Below are positions 29,527-40,511 of a stretch of 64,000 bases of DNA, in pieces. Below the pieces are notes generated by a model that ran no database searches, was not told where the DNA came from, and worked only from the letters and a program-made list of their open reading frames with translations. Origin of the DNA: Alphaproteobacteria bacterium (GTDB lineage Bacteria; Pseudomonadota; Alphaproteobacteria; MPNO01; VGEU01). Both the position numbers and the translations under genes were made by a program. Position 1 is the stretch's first letter; each line of letters starts with the position of its first letter. The DNA is taken from NCBI GenBank assembly GCA_016869145.1, contig VGEU01000005.1:3605-67604 (forward strand). Direction: 5' to 3'.

Positions 29527-30492
29527 TCAGCGGACCCGCGGCCCGGTCCAGTCGCGGCGGAACTCGGGCGCCGGCGCATCGGCCCGCTTGCCCGGGCTCG
29601 ATCCCGGCTTCTGCGCCGCCAGGCCGGCCTCGCGCAGGAGGACGATCGAGATGCGTCGGTTCTGCGCATCGTTCGGATTGTCCGGCGTCAGCGGCTCGGT
29701 CTCGGCGCGACCGACCACCTTGCTGATCCGGGCCGCCGGCATGCCGGCCTGGAGAATCTCGCGCCGGCTCGCGTGCGCGCGGTCGCTCGAGAGCTCCCAA
29801 TTGCCGTATCCCGCCTGCGCCGCGCGGAACGGCATCGCGTCGGTGTGGCCCGAGATCGAGAGCTTGTTCGGCATCGAGAGCACGACCTTGGTGACCTGGT
29901 GCACGAGCTTCTTGAAGCGCTCCACCATCCGGGCGCTGCCGGTCGGGAACATCGGCTGGCCGTCCTGGTCGATGATCTGGATGCAAAGACCTTTGGGTGT
30001 CTGGTCGATCAGGAGGTTCTTCGCGAGCTGCTTGAGCTCGGGGTCCTTGTCGATGACCTCGCGGAGCTCCTGCTCCTTCTCCTTGAAGAGCTCCTCCTCG
30101 CGCTCGGCGATCAGCTCGTCGACGTCCTGCTGCGACAGCTCGGACTTGGAGTCGTCATTCTCGCCTTCGCCTTCGTTGGCGGTCGGCTTGAGGTTGATGG
30201 TGACGCCGGGCGGCGAGGTGCGCGAGACCTGGGCGCTGGGCGAGGAGACGGTGACGCCGCCGAGGAGGCCGCCGGCGCCGCTCTTGCTCTTCGAGACCGT
30301 GGTCGGCGAGAAATAGTCGGAAATGCCCTTCTTCTGCTCCTGGGTCGTCGAGTTGAGGAGCCAGAGCAGAAGAAAGAACGCCATCATCGCCGTCACGAAG
30401 TCGGCATAGGCGACCTTCCAGGCGCCGCCATGATGGCCATGGCCGCCCTTCTTGATCTTCTTGATGACGATGGTCGCGTTGTTGCCTGCCAC
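29527..30492 (-). CDS. motB: Flagellar stator MotB
   Basis: WKVAYADFVTAMMAFFLLLWL (conserved Asp), OmpA-like GHTD, NWELSSDRA, NRRISI. Confidence 0.95.
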   Translation of the reverse strand: MAGNNATIVIKKIKKGGHGHHGGAWKVAYADFVTAMMAFFLLLWLLNSTTQEQKKGISDYFSPTTVSKSKSGAGGLLGGVTVSSPSAQVSRTSPPGVTINLKPTANEGEGENDDSKSELSQQDVDELIAEREEELFKEKEQELREVIDKDPELKQLAKNLLIDQTPKGLCIQIIDQDGQPMFPTGSARMVERFKKLVHQVTKVVLSMPNKLSISGHTDAMPFRAAQAGYGNWELSSDRAHASRREILQAGMPAARISKVVGRAETEPLTPDNPNDAQNRRISIVLLREAGLAAQKPGSSPGKRADAPAPEFRRDWTGPRVR

Positions 30493-30512
30493 CGGCGTTC
30501 ACCCCGACGGGA

Positions 30513-31379
30513 TCAGGCGTTGGCTGCGGGGAGCGCGGAGACCGCTTCCTTGAGCTCGGTGAACGACGGCCGGACCGAGCTCTCGAGCGCCTTGCCGGCG
30601 AACTCGACGCAGACCTGCGGCGCGCAGCCGTTCATGTAGGCGAGGAGGCCCGACTTGATGCACTGGAAATTGCGCGTCTCCGCCTCGTAGGTGCGGTTCA
30701 GCACGTTGGCGATCGGGCCGAGGATGCCGTAGGCGATGAACACGCCGAGGAACGTGCCGACCAGCGCGCCGCCGATCAGCTTGCCGAGGACCTCCGGCGG
30801 CTCGGTGATCGAGCCCATGGTCTTGATGACGCCGAGCACGGCCGCGACGATGCCGAGCGCGGGCATGCTGTCGGCCATGTTCTGAACCGTGCCGGCGACG
30901 GCGTGGTTCTCCTGGTGATGGGTCTCGATCTCCTCGTCCATGATCGCCTCGAGCTCGTGCGGGTTCTCGCTGCCGAGGCTGATCATGCGGAGATAGTCGC
31001 AGAAGAACGTCACCGCGTGGTGGTTCTTGGCGAAGGACGGGAACTGGTTGAACAGCTCGCTCTGGTCGGGGTTCTCGATGTGCTGCTCGAGCGCGAGCAT
31101 GCCCTTGGTCCGGGCGATCTTGAACACCTGGAACTGCATGCTGAGAAGGTCGATGTAGTCCTTCTTGGTGTATTTCGGCCCCTTCATCGCATGGCCGAAC
31201 GCCTTGCCGACGCGCTTCAGGATCGGCTTGGTGCTGCCGATGATCATCGCGCCGACCGCGGCGCCGACGATGATCACGACCTCGAAGGGCTGCCACAGGA
31301 CGAACAGCTTGCCGCCCATGGCGACATAGCCGCCGAGAACGCAGGCGAAGACGAGAACGATACCAACGATGACGAGCAT
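30513..31379 (-). CDS. motA: Flagellar stator MotA
   Basis: GGY..MGG, QPFE, ARTKGMLALE (rotor-facing Arg/Glu), PALGIVAAVLG, ALVGTFLG. Confidence 0.95.
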   Translation of the reverse strand: MLVIVGIVLVFACVLGGYVAMGGKLFVLWQPFEVVIIVGAAVGAMIIGSTKPILKRVGKAFGHAMKGPKYTKKDYIDLLSMQFQVFKIARTKGMLALEQHIENPDQSELFNQFPSFAKNHHAVTFFCDYLRMISLGSENPHELEAIMDEEIETHHQENHAVAGTVQNMADSMPALGIVAAVLGVIKTMGSITEPPEVLGKLIGGALVGTFLGVFIAYGILGPIANVLNRTYEAETRNFQCIKSGLLAYMNGCAPQVCVEFAGKALESSVRPSFTELKEAVSALPAANA

Positions 31380-31432
31380 CGACCGACCGTGCAGGAGGCG
31401 GAGAACGTGCCCCCGGATGCTGAACGCGGCTG

Positions 31433-31448
31433 GTTAAGATCCGGTTAT
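31433..31448 (-). promoter_or_regulatory. CtrA-type box upstream of motA
   Basis: Minus strand ATAA-CCGGATC-TTAAC; one mismatch to TTAA-N7-TTAAC. Confidence 0.65.
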
Positions 31449-31545
31449 CCGGGGCCGCGGGGGAGAGGGGGGACTCGGGCCCCGGGATGTTGTATGTGAG
31501 GCGCGCAGGCGCGAGGGGCGTCGGCGGCGCGAGACGGGAGGGGTG

Positions 31546-31968
31546 ATGGCCGACAACGTGGTGACCGCGGCGCAGCTGCACGAGCGGCTGGTCGCCAACC
31601 CCTTCAACAACTGGATGGGCCTCAAGGTGCTCGGGCTCGACGAGGAAAAGCTCGAGGTCGGCCTGACCTGGCGCGAGGAGATGGTCTCCAACCCGAAGGC
31701 CCGCTACACCCACGGCGGCATCATCGGCGCGCTGATCGACGTCGCCGCCGATTTCGCGATCGCGGCCAAGCTCGGCCAGCCGGTCCCGACGGTCGACATG
31801 CGGGTCGACTACCATCGCGCCGCGATGCCGGGCGATCTCCGCGCGGTCGGACGGGTGATCCGCATGGGCGGCACGTTCTCGGTCGCCGAGGCGATGGTCT
31901 ATGACGGCGAGAACCGGCTCATCGCGAGCGGGCGGGGCGTCTACTTCACCCAGCCGCCGAAGGCGTGA
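31546..31968 (+). CDS. PaaI-family hot-dog thioesterase
   Basis: HGGIIGALID, PTVDMRVDY. Confidence 0.88.
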   Translation: MADNVVTAAQLHERLVANPFNNWMGLKVLGLDEEKLEVGLTWREEMVSNPKARYTHGGIIGALIDVAADFAIAAKLGQPVPTVDMRVDYHRAAMPGDLRAVGRVIRMGGTFSVAEAMVYDGENRLIASGRGVYFTQPPKA

Positions 31969-32076
31969 TACGGGCCGTTGGACCCGTCGCCTGCGTGCTT
32001 TACCATGCCGGCGCCGCCGCGGCCGCGCCACCCGCGTTCCTCATGATCCCGCCTTTCTCATGATACGGTCTCACCC

Positions 32077-32565
32077 ATGAGTCTCGATCCGATGGAGTTC
32101 CGCAAGGCCCTGGGCTGCTTCGCCACGGGCGTCACGATCATCACCACCATCGACCAGGACGGTGACCCGGTCGGGATCACCGCGAACTCGTTCACCTCGC
32201 TGTCGCTCGATCCGCCGCTCGTGCTGTTCTGCCTCGACCGCAAGAGCATGAGCTTCGATGCCTTCCATCGGAACCGTCACTTCGCGGTCAACGTGCTCCG
32301 CTCGACGCAGGAGCAGCTGTCGCGCAATTTCGCGCGCTCGGGCCCCGACAAGTGGAACGGGATCCCCTACGAGAAGTGGGAGACGGGCTGCCCGATCCTC
32401 GCCGAGACGATCGCGGCGCTCGAATGCGATGTCGACCAGGTCTTCGAGGGCGGCGACCACGTCATCCTGATCGGCAAGGTCCGCCGCATCCGCTTCGAGG
32501 ACGGCGAGTGCCAGCCGCTCCTCTATTACCGCGGCAAGTACGCCCGGATCGGGGCGCCGGCCTAG
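32077..32565 (+). CDS. Flavin reductase family protein
   Basis: FRKALGCFATGVTIIT, NSFTSLSLDPPLV, GGDH, PLLYYRG. Confidence 0.92.
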   Translation: MSLDPMEFRKALGCFATGVTIITTIDQDGDPVGITANSFTSLSLDPPLVLFCLDRKSMSFDAFHRNRHFAVNVLRSTQEQLSRNFARSGPDKWNGIPYEKWETGCPILAETIAALECDVDQVFEGGDHVILIGKVRRIRFEDGECQPLLYYRGKYARIGAPA

Positions 32566-33779
32566 CGCCCGCTGACCGTGGCGAGCCGCGCCGGCATGCC
32601 GGCGGCGTTGAGACCGGCGACGATCGCTGTGGCGCTCTCGATGTCCATCACCTCGACCAACGCATCGATCACGGCGAGACGGACCGGCACGTCGCGGAAC
32701 CAGCGCTCGTGCGCGACCTCGACGATATTGCCGCCGAGCTCGCCGACGAGACGGGTGGCGCGGGCGAGGCTGCCGGGGTGGTCGGGGAGCTCGACCTGGA
32801 GCCGGACGAGGCGGCCCGCGCGCACGAGCCCGCGCATCAGAACCGATGCGAGGATCCACGAATCGATGTTGCCGCCCGAGATGACGAGACCGACCGTCCG
32901 GCCGGCGAAGCGCGCGGGGTGGGCGAGGAGGGCGGCGAGCGGTGTCGCGCCGGCGCCCTCGGCGACGATCTTCTCGATCTCGACCAGGAGCTGGACCCCA
33001 TGCTCGATCGCCTCCTCCTCGACGAGGAGGATGTCGGCGACCAGCGCGCGGACGATCGGGACCGCGTGTGCGCCGGGCTCCTTGACCGCGATCCCGTCGG
33101 CGAGCGTCGCGCCCTCCGCGGTGACCGCGCGGCCGGCGATCGCGGCCTGCATCGACGGGTAAAGCGCGGCCTCGACACCGATCACCTCGATCGCCGGGCG
33201 GAGCGCGCGGGCGGCGGTGGCAACACCGGCGATCAGCCCACCGCCGCCGACGGGGACGACGAGCATCTCGAGCGCCGGCACATCCTCGAGCATCTCGAGC
33301 GCGACCGTGCCTTGACCGGCGATGATCGCCGGGTCGTCATAGGGGTGGACGAGCGTGAGGCGCTGCGCTTCCGCCTCGGCGCGTGCCGAACGCGCGGCCT
33401 CGTCATAGCCCTCCCCGGCCAGAACGACGCGCGCGCCGTGGCGCTCGGTGTTCCGGATCTTGGTGAAGGGCGCTGTCCTCGGCATCACGATCGTCGTCGC
33501 GATGCCGAGCCGCGCGCCGTGATAGGCGACGGCCTGTGCGTGGTTGCCCGCCGACATCGCGATCACGCCGCGTGCGCGCTCGTCGGCGGAGAGCGCGAGG
33601 AGCTTCGCGAGCGCGCTGCGCTCCTTGAACGAGGCGGTGAACTGCATGTTCTCGAGCTTGAGATAGACATCGGCGCCCGTGATCGCCGAGAGAGTCCGCG
33701 ACCGGACGCAGGGCGTCCGTGCGATCCCGCTACCAATGCGCGAAGCGGCGGCGCGGACATCGTCGAGCGTGACCGTCAT
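32562..33779 (-). CDS. Threonine/serine ammonia-lyase with C-terminal ACT domain
   Basis: ASFKER (PLP Lys), SAGNHAQ, PVGGGGL, SGGNID, ACT PDHPGSL. ATG 33779 lies inside track ORF 32562..34439. Confidence 0.93.
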   Translation of the reverse strand: MTVTLDDVRAAASRIGSGIARTPCVRSRTLSAITGADVYLKLENMQFTASFKERSALAKLLALSADERARGVIAMSAGNHAQAVAYHGARLGIATTIVMPRTAPFTKIRNTERHGARVVLAGEGYDEAARSARAEAEAQRLTLVHPYDDPAIIAGQGTVALEMLEDVPALEMLVVPVGGGGLIAGVATAARALRPAIEVIGVEAALYPSMQAAIAGRAVTAEGATLADGIAVKEPGAHAVPIVRALVADILLVEEEAIEHGVQLLVEIEKIVAEGAGATPLAALLAHPARFAGRTVGLVISGGNIDSWILASVLMRGLVRAGRLVRLQVELPDHPGSLARATRLVGELGGNIVEVAHERWFRDVPVRLAVIDALVEVMDIESATAIVAGLNAAGMPARLATVSGR

Positions 33780-36184
33780 GGCCCTGCCGGGCTCAGGACG
33801 AGGACCCCGATCGCGTCCTTTCGCGCGGCGGCTGCGTCGAGCGGGATGGTGATCGTCCGTCCGTCGCGCCACCCCACGGTCAGATCGTCGTAGTGGCGCG
33901 AGAACACGCTTCCCGACTGCCCGGTCGCGACCGTGAACACCGACCGGCCGAGATCGGCGAGATCGTAGACCGCGCGGAAGCCCGCACCGTGCACGTGCTC
34001 GAACGGGTTGCGGTCGCGCGCGATCGGCGTGCCGCCGCGGTTGATGGTGAACGCATCGCCGTCGGTCTCGACGCGGATATCGACGAGATCGCGGAGCACG
34101 GGGATGAATCCGAACACGCTGTGACGGAACCGTGCGGTGTGCGCGGTGCCCCAGCGCCAGCGGCTCATGTCGTCGCCGAAGCGCGCCGCGAGATCGTCGA
34201 GCGCGCGGTCGAGCGCGATCTGGACGCGCCCCGCGCAATCCTCGCGCTCGGGCGTCGTCACGTCGTCGCACCATTCCGGGCGCTCGGCGAGCATGTGGAG
34301 AAGGACACCGGGTCGGAGGTCCCAGTAGTCGCGGAACAAGGGGCCGAGCTCGTCGGCGTAGAGGGCGCGGCCGAGCTCGCGGAGCCAGGCGGTGAATATC
34401 AGCGGCTCGGCGCGATCGCGCGTCGCGGCGAAGTCCCACTGCCGGAGGCGGGCGACGGCGGCGGCGGCGCGCCCCTCGAAGCCCTCGGTGCGGGTGAGGC
34501 GCGGTACGAGCTCGGCGGCGGCGAGCGTGATCGCGTCCGACTGCATGACCGCGAAACCCGCGGCGTCGTGGCTCTCGCGCGAATCGAGAAGCGCATGGAT
34601 GCGCCGCGCGCGGTACGGCTCGGCCCAGCCGTCACCGAGCCAGTACGGATAATGGTCCGGCACGATTCGGTGATTGGCATTGACGATCCGTCCGGCCGGC
34701 GGGTTGAAGGCCTGGGGCAGCTCGTCGAACGGGATCATCCCCGACCAGCCATGCGTGTCGGTCCAGCCCGGCGCCGGCTCGAGCCCGCGGCCCGAGCGCC
34801 GGATCGGCACCCGCCCCGGCGCGATGAAGCCGATATTCCCGGCCGTGTCGGCGTAGGTGATGTTCTGCTGCGGCGCGGTGTAGAGCCGGAGCGCGTCGCG
34901 GAACGAGGACCAGTCGGTCGCCCGGTTGATGCCGAGCATCGCCTCCGGCGTGCGATCGTCCGCGCGAAGCCCGGTCCATCCGAGCGCGACGACGCGGCCC
35001 GACGGCACGAGGCTCGGATCGAGGTCGGAGATCACCGGGCCGTGTCGTGTGTGCCGCACCGCGAGCACCTGGTCGGGCTCGCCCCGCACCTTGATCGTCT
35101 CGCTGCGGGTCTCGAACGGGCGCGGCCCGTCCGGTGTCAGATAATGCCCGTCGGCGAGGCCCTCGGTCTTCTCCCAATAGAGGTCCTGCGTGTCGCTGTC
35201 TGTCGTCGTCAGCGCCCAGGCGATGCGTCCGTTGTGGCCGAGGATCATGATCGGCACACCGGGCGTCGTCGCACCGGCGAGATCGAGACCGGGCACCGAG
35301 AGCCGCGCCAGATACCAGATGCCCGGCGCGCTGAAGCCGAGATGCGGATCGTTGGCGAGGAGCGGCTTGCCGGTCGCCGACTGCGTGCCCGCGATCGCCC
35401 AGGAGTTCGACGCGCTGGTCGGCGCGAGCGTGTCGGGGAAGGCGCCGGCGAGGGCGCGGAGCGTTGCCGCCTCGCCCGGACCGGGCGGCCGCGCGCTCAG
35501 CGTCGTCGGCGCCTCGTTACCGTTGCGCGGCCAGAGATCGGCGATCTGGCGGGGCGTCAGCCGCTCCGCGAACCGCGCGCGCAACACCTCGTCGCGCCAA
35601 TTGCCGGTGAGGCGGAGCGCCATCACGCGGCCCCAGACGAGCGTGTCCGCCGCCCGCCACGGCTCCGGTCTGATGCGCGCGAGATAGAACTCGATCGGCC
35701 ACGGTCCGCGATGGACCGCGAGATAGGCGTTGACGCCTTGGGTGTAGGCCTCGATCAGGCCGCGCGCCTCGGGCGACAGATGCGAGAGGCTCTCCTCGGC
35801 GAGCGCATAGAGACCGAGCGTGCGCATGATCCGGTCGGCCCGGAGCGCCGGCGGGCCGGCGATCTCGGCGAGACGTCCGGCGCCGGCGCGGCGCATCGTC
35901 TCCATCTGCCACAGCCGGTCCTGGGCGTGGACGACGCCGAGCGCGCGATAGGCGTCGGCGAGCGAGGCGGCGCGAATGTGGGGGACCGCGTTGCGGTCGC
36001 GGACGATCTCTACCGGCGCCTCGATGCCGGCGACGGCGAGTGTTCCGTCATAGGACGGGAGACCGGTGCGGAGCCAGAGGACCGCGGCGCCGACGGCGAG
36101 CACGATCGCGCCGAGAACGCCGAGGATCGCCCGTCCGGTCCAGCGGAGCCAGCGGCGGCGGCGGCGGCGCGGCGGTCGGGTCAC
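33776..36184 (-). CDS. Penicillin/AHL acylase family Ntn-hydrolase (S45), N-terminal membrane anchor
   Basis: HAQDRLWQM, SNSW (beta-chain Ser nucleophile), LANDPHL, poly-Arg followed by a hydrophobic helix at the N-terminus. Confidence 0.92.
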   Translation of the reverse strand: MTRPPRRRRRRWLRWTGRAILGVLGAIVLAVGAAVLWLRTGLPSYDGTLAVAGIEAPVEIVRDRNAVPHIRAASLADAYRALGVVHAQDRLWQMETMRRAGAGRLAEIAGPPALRADRIMRTLGLYALAEESLSHLSPEARGLIEAYTQGVNAYLAVHRGPWPIEFYLARIRPEPWRAADTLVWGRVMALRLTGNWRDEVLRARFAERLTPRQIADLWPRNGNEAPTTLSARPPGPGEAATLRALAGAFPDTLAPTSASNSWAIAGTQSATGKPLLANDPHLGFSAPGIWYLARLSVPGLDLAGATTPGVPIMILGHNGRIAWALTTTDSDTQDLYWEKTEGLADGHYLTPDGPRPFETRSETIKVRGEPDQVLAVRHTRHGPVISDLDPSLVPSGRVVALGWTGLRADDRTPEAMLGINRATDWSSFRDALRLYTAPQQNITYADTAGNIGFIAPGRVPIRRSGRGLEPAPGWTDTHGWSGMIPFDELPQAFNPPAGRIVNANHRIVPDHYPYWLGDGWAEPYRARRIHALLDSRESHDAAGFAVMQSDAITLAAAELVPRLTRTEGFEGRAAAAVARLRQWDFAATRDRAEPLIFTAWLRELGRALYADELGPLFRDYWDLRPGVLLHMLAERPEWCDDVTTPEREDCAGRVQIALDRALDDLAARFGDDMSRWRWGTAHTARFRHSVFGFIPVLRDLVDIRVETDGDAFTINRGGTPIARDRNPFEHVHGAGFRAVYDLADLGRSVFTVATGQSGSVFSRHYDDLTVGWRDGRTITIPLDAAAARKDAIGVLVLSPAGP

Positions 36185-36230
36185 GGGCGTCTCCGTCGGC
36201 GGTTGGAGCGGCGGGGCCGGGCCGCGCTAT

Positions 36231-36254
36231 CATGATCGCCCCCATGATCGCCCC
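36231..36254. repeat. Perfect 12-bp tandem duplication
   Basis: CATGATCGCCCC x2 in the acylase/yheT intergenic region. Confidence 0.9.
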
Positions 36255-36324
36255 TTGAACGGCGGCGACGCGCGGTTAGATAGGCCGAAGAGGCCCGCGC
36301 GACAACGAAGCAAGACGGCCCCCG

Positions 36325-37341
36325 ATGCCCGATGCCCAAGCGTCCCTGCTCGACGATGACGTCCCGGCGCCGCCGCCTTTCAGGCCGCGGGCGCCGTGGT
36401 GGGGCGGCGATGCGCAGACGCTCCGGAATTACCTCCTCCGCCGCGTCCGCTTGCCGCCGCATGCGCGCCAGACGATCGAGCTCCCGACGACCGACGGATC
36501 GGGCGATATCCTCCTCGCGCGTCTCGATATACCCGACCACGGCCTTCGCCGACGGCCGCTCGCGCTCCTCGTCCATGGGCTCACCGGCTGCGAGGACAGC
36601 GTCTATATGCGGGCGAGCGCGGCGGCGCTCCTCGCCGAGGGCTACCGCGTCCTTCGCCTCAATCTCCGCGGTGCCGGACCGTCGCGGCGGTGCTGTGCCG
36701 ACCACTATCATCTCGGGCGCTCGCGCGACATCGCCGACGCGTTCGCCAGCCTGCCGCGCGAGATGGTCGCCGAGGGGGTGGTCGGCATCGGGTTCTCTCT
36801 CGGCGGCAGCATCGTCGTGAAACATGCCGCCGAGGCCGGGCGCGGCGTGCTCCGGGCGATCGTCGCCGTCTCGGCCCCGATCGATCCGCACGCGGCGGCG
36901 CGCCGGATGATGGCGCCGCGGAACGCGCTCTATCACCGCTGGCTCCTGGCGCGGATGAAGGCGGAGAGCACCGCGCCCGGCGCGCGGCTCGGCCCGTCCG
37001 AGCGGGCGGCCATCGCGGCCGCGCGGAGCGTCTATGCGTTCGACGACCGCTTCGTCGCGCCGCGCTTCGGCTATGGCGACGCGCCGACCTATTACGCCGA
37101 GAACGCCGCCACGCGTTTTCTCGGCGCGATCGAGGTGCCGACGCTCCTGATCCATGCCGAGGACGATCCCTGGATCCCGGCCGCGCCCTACCGCGCCGGG
37201 CCTTGGCGCGCCAACCCGCTGGTCCGGGTCGCGCTCGCATCGGGCGGCGGCCATGTCGGGTTTCACGACCGCGGCGCGCCGCCCGCCTGGCACAACCGCG
37301 CCGCGCTCGGTTTCTTCGCCCGGGTGGCAGGCGCCGGGTGA
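36325..37341 (+). CDS. Alpha/beta hydrolase, YheT/AB-hydrolase-4 family
   Basis: GGDAQTL, HGLTG, GFSLGG (Ser), HAEDDPW (Asp), GGHVGF (His). Confidence 0.9.
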   Translation: MPDAQASLLDDDVPAPPPFRPRAPWWGGDAQTLRNYLLRRVRLPPHARQTIELPTTDGSGDILLARLDIPDHGLRRRPLALLVHGLTGCEDSVYMRASAAALLAEGYRVLRLNLRGAGPSRRCCADHYHLGRSRDIADAFASLPREMVAEGVVGIGFSLGGSIVVKHAAEAGRGVLRAIVAVSAPIDPHAAARRMMAPRNALYHRWLLARMKAESTAPGARLGPSERAAIAAARSVYAFDDRFVAPRFGYGDAPTYYAENAATRFLGAIEVPTLLIHAEDDPWIPAAPYRAGPWRANPLVRVALASGGGHVGFHDRGAPPAWHNRAALGFFARVAGAG

Positions 37342-37344
37342 CCG

Positions 37345-37373
37345 TTGGGCCGAAGCGGCGAAGCGTGTATTCT
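37345..37373 (+). promoter_or_regulatory. Putative sigma70 promoter for the 31-aa ORF
   Basis: TTGGGC-N17-TATTCT. Confidence 0.5.
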
Positions 37374-37431
37374 CCGCGACCGGCAAGCCCCCCACGGAGG
37401 TCGTACCGCGGTGCCGAGACGACAGGAATTC

Positions 37432-37527
37432 ATGTTGAAGAGCCTGATCGGGATCGCGATCCTGGCCGGCGTGGCGCTCGTGCTGGTCGCAGTCGTGATC
37501 TCGCTCAAGCTGTTTAAGCCCGCCTGA
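37432..37527 (+). CDS. Small single-pass membrane protein (31 aa)
   Basis: AGGA RBS, ATG 37432, MLKSLIGIAILAGVALVLVAVVISLKLFKPA; GC-rich third codon positions. Confidence 0.7.
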   Translation: MLKSLIGIAILAGVALVLVAVVISLKLFKPA

Positions 37528-37536
37528 CCGACCCGA

Positions 37537-39933
<2,397 letters not shown>

Positions 39934-39949
39934 TTAAACGAAAATTAAC
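39934..39949 (+). promoter_or_regulatory. Perfect CtrA-type box in the metY/ldtR divergent region
   Basis: TTAA-ACGAAAA-TTAAC, an exact TTAA-N7-TTAAC. Confidence 0.75.
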
Positions 39950-40007
39950 GCCCCGATGCCACTTTCGCCGCGGGTCAGGCCGGGTCCCTGTTCCGAAAGG
40001 GCGTACC

Positions 40008-40496
40008 GTGAAGCAAACCTATCTCGACACTATCCTGCTGATCGAGCGGCTGCATCGCCAGTTCCTCGAGGTGGTGAAGGGCGAGCTCGATCGGCTCGGC
40101 ATCGAGGACATCAACAACGTCCAGAGCCTGATCCTGTCCAATATCGGGCGCGAGGATCTGACCGTCGGCGAGCTCACCCACCGCGGCTACTATTTGGGCT
40201 CGAACGTCTCCTACAACGTCAAGAAGATGGTCGAGAACGGCTATCTGGTGCAGGAGCGCTCCGCCCACGACCGCCGCTCGGTGCGTATCCGCGTCTCCGA
40301 CAAGGGGCTCGTGCTCTGCGAGAAAATCGCGGCGCTGCACGACCGCCATCTCGCGGCCATGGCCGGCGGCCCGCTCACCGAGCCGGTGCTCGCCGAGGTC
40401 ACGAAGACGCTCCGCCAGCTCGAGCGGTTCTGGTCGGACGATCTCGCCTGGGGTGCCCGCCAGGGCGGCCTGCAACGCCTGTCGCCGGCCGCCTGA
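40008..40496 (+). CDS. ldtR: MarR-family regulator, LdtR-like
   Basis: IERLHRQFLEVVK and RGYYLGSNVSYNVKK match rhizobial LdtR as I recall it. GTG 40008 after AAAGGG. Confidence 0.8.
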   Translation: MKQTYLDTILLIERLHRQFLEVVKGELDRLGIEDINNVQSLILSNIGREDLTVGELTHRGYYLGSNVSYNVKKMVENGYLVQERSAHDRRSVRIRVSDKGLVLCEKIAALHDRHLAAMAGGPLTEPVLAEVTKTLRQLERFWSDDLAWGARQGGLQRLSPAA

Positions 40497-40511
40497 CCGA
40501 GCCGGTCGGGC

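Noticed and set aside
29527-31379. motAB as a Zorya (ZorAB) anti-phage motor
   Set aside because: Canonical flagellar MotA/MotB sizes and motifs, no long ZorA tail, no zorC/D/E neighbours, and a CtrA-type box upstream.
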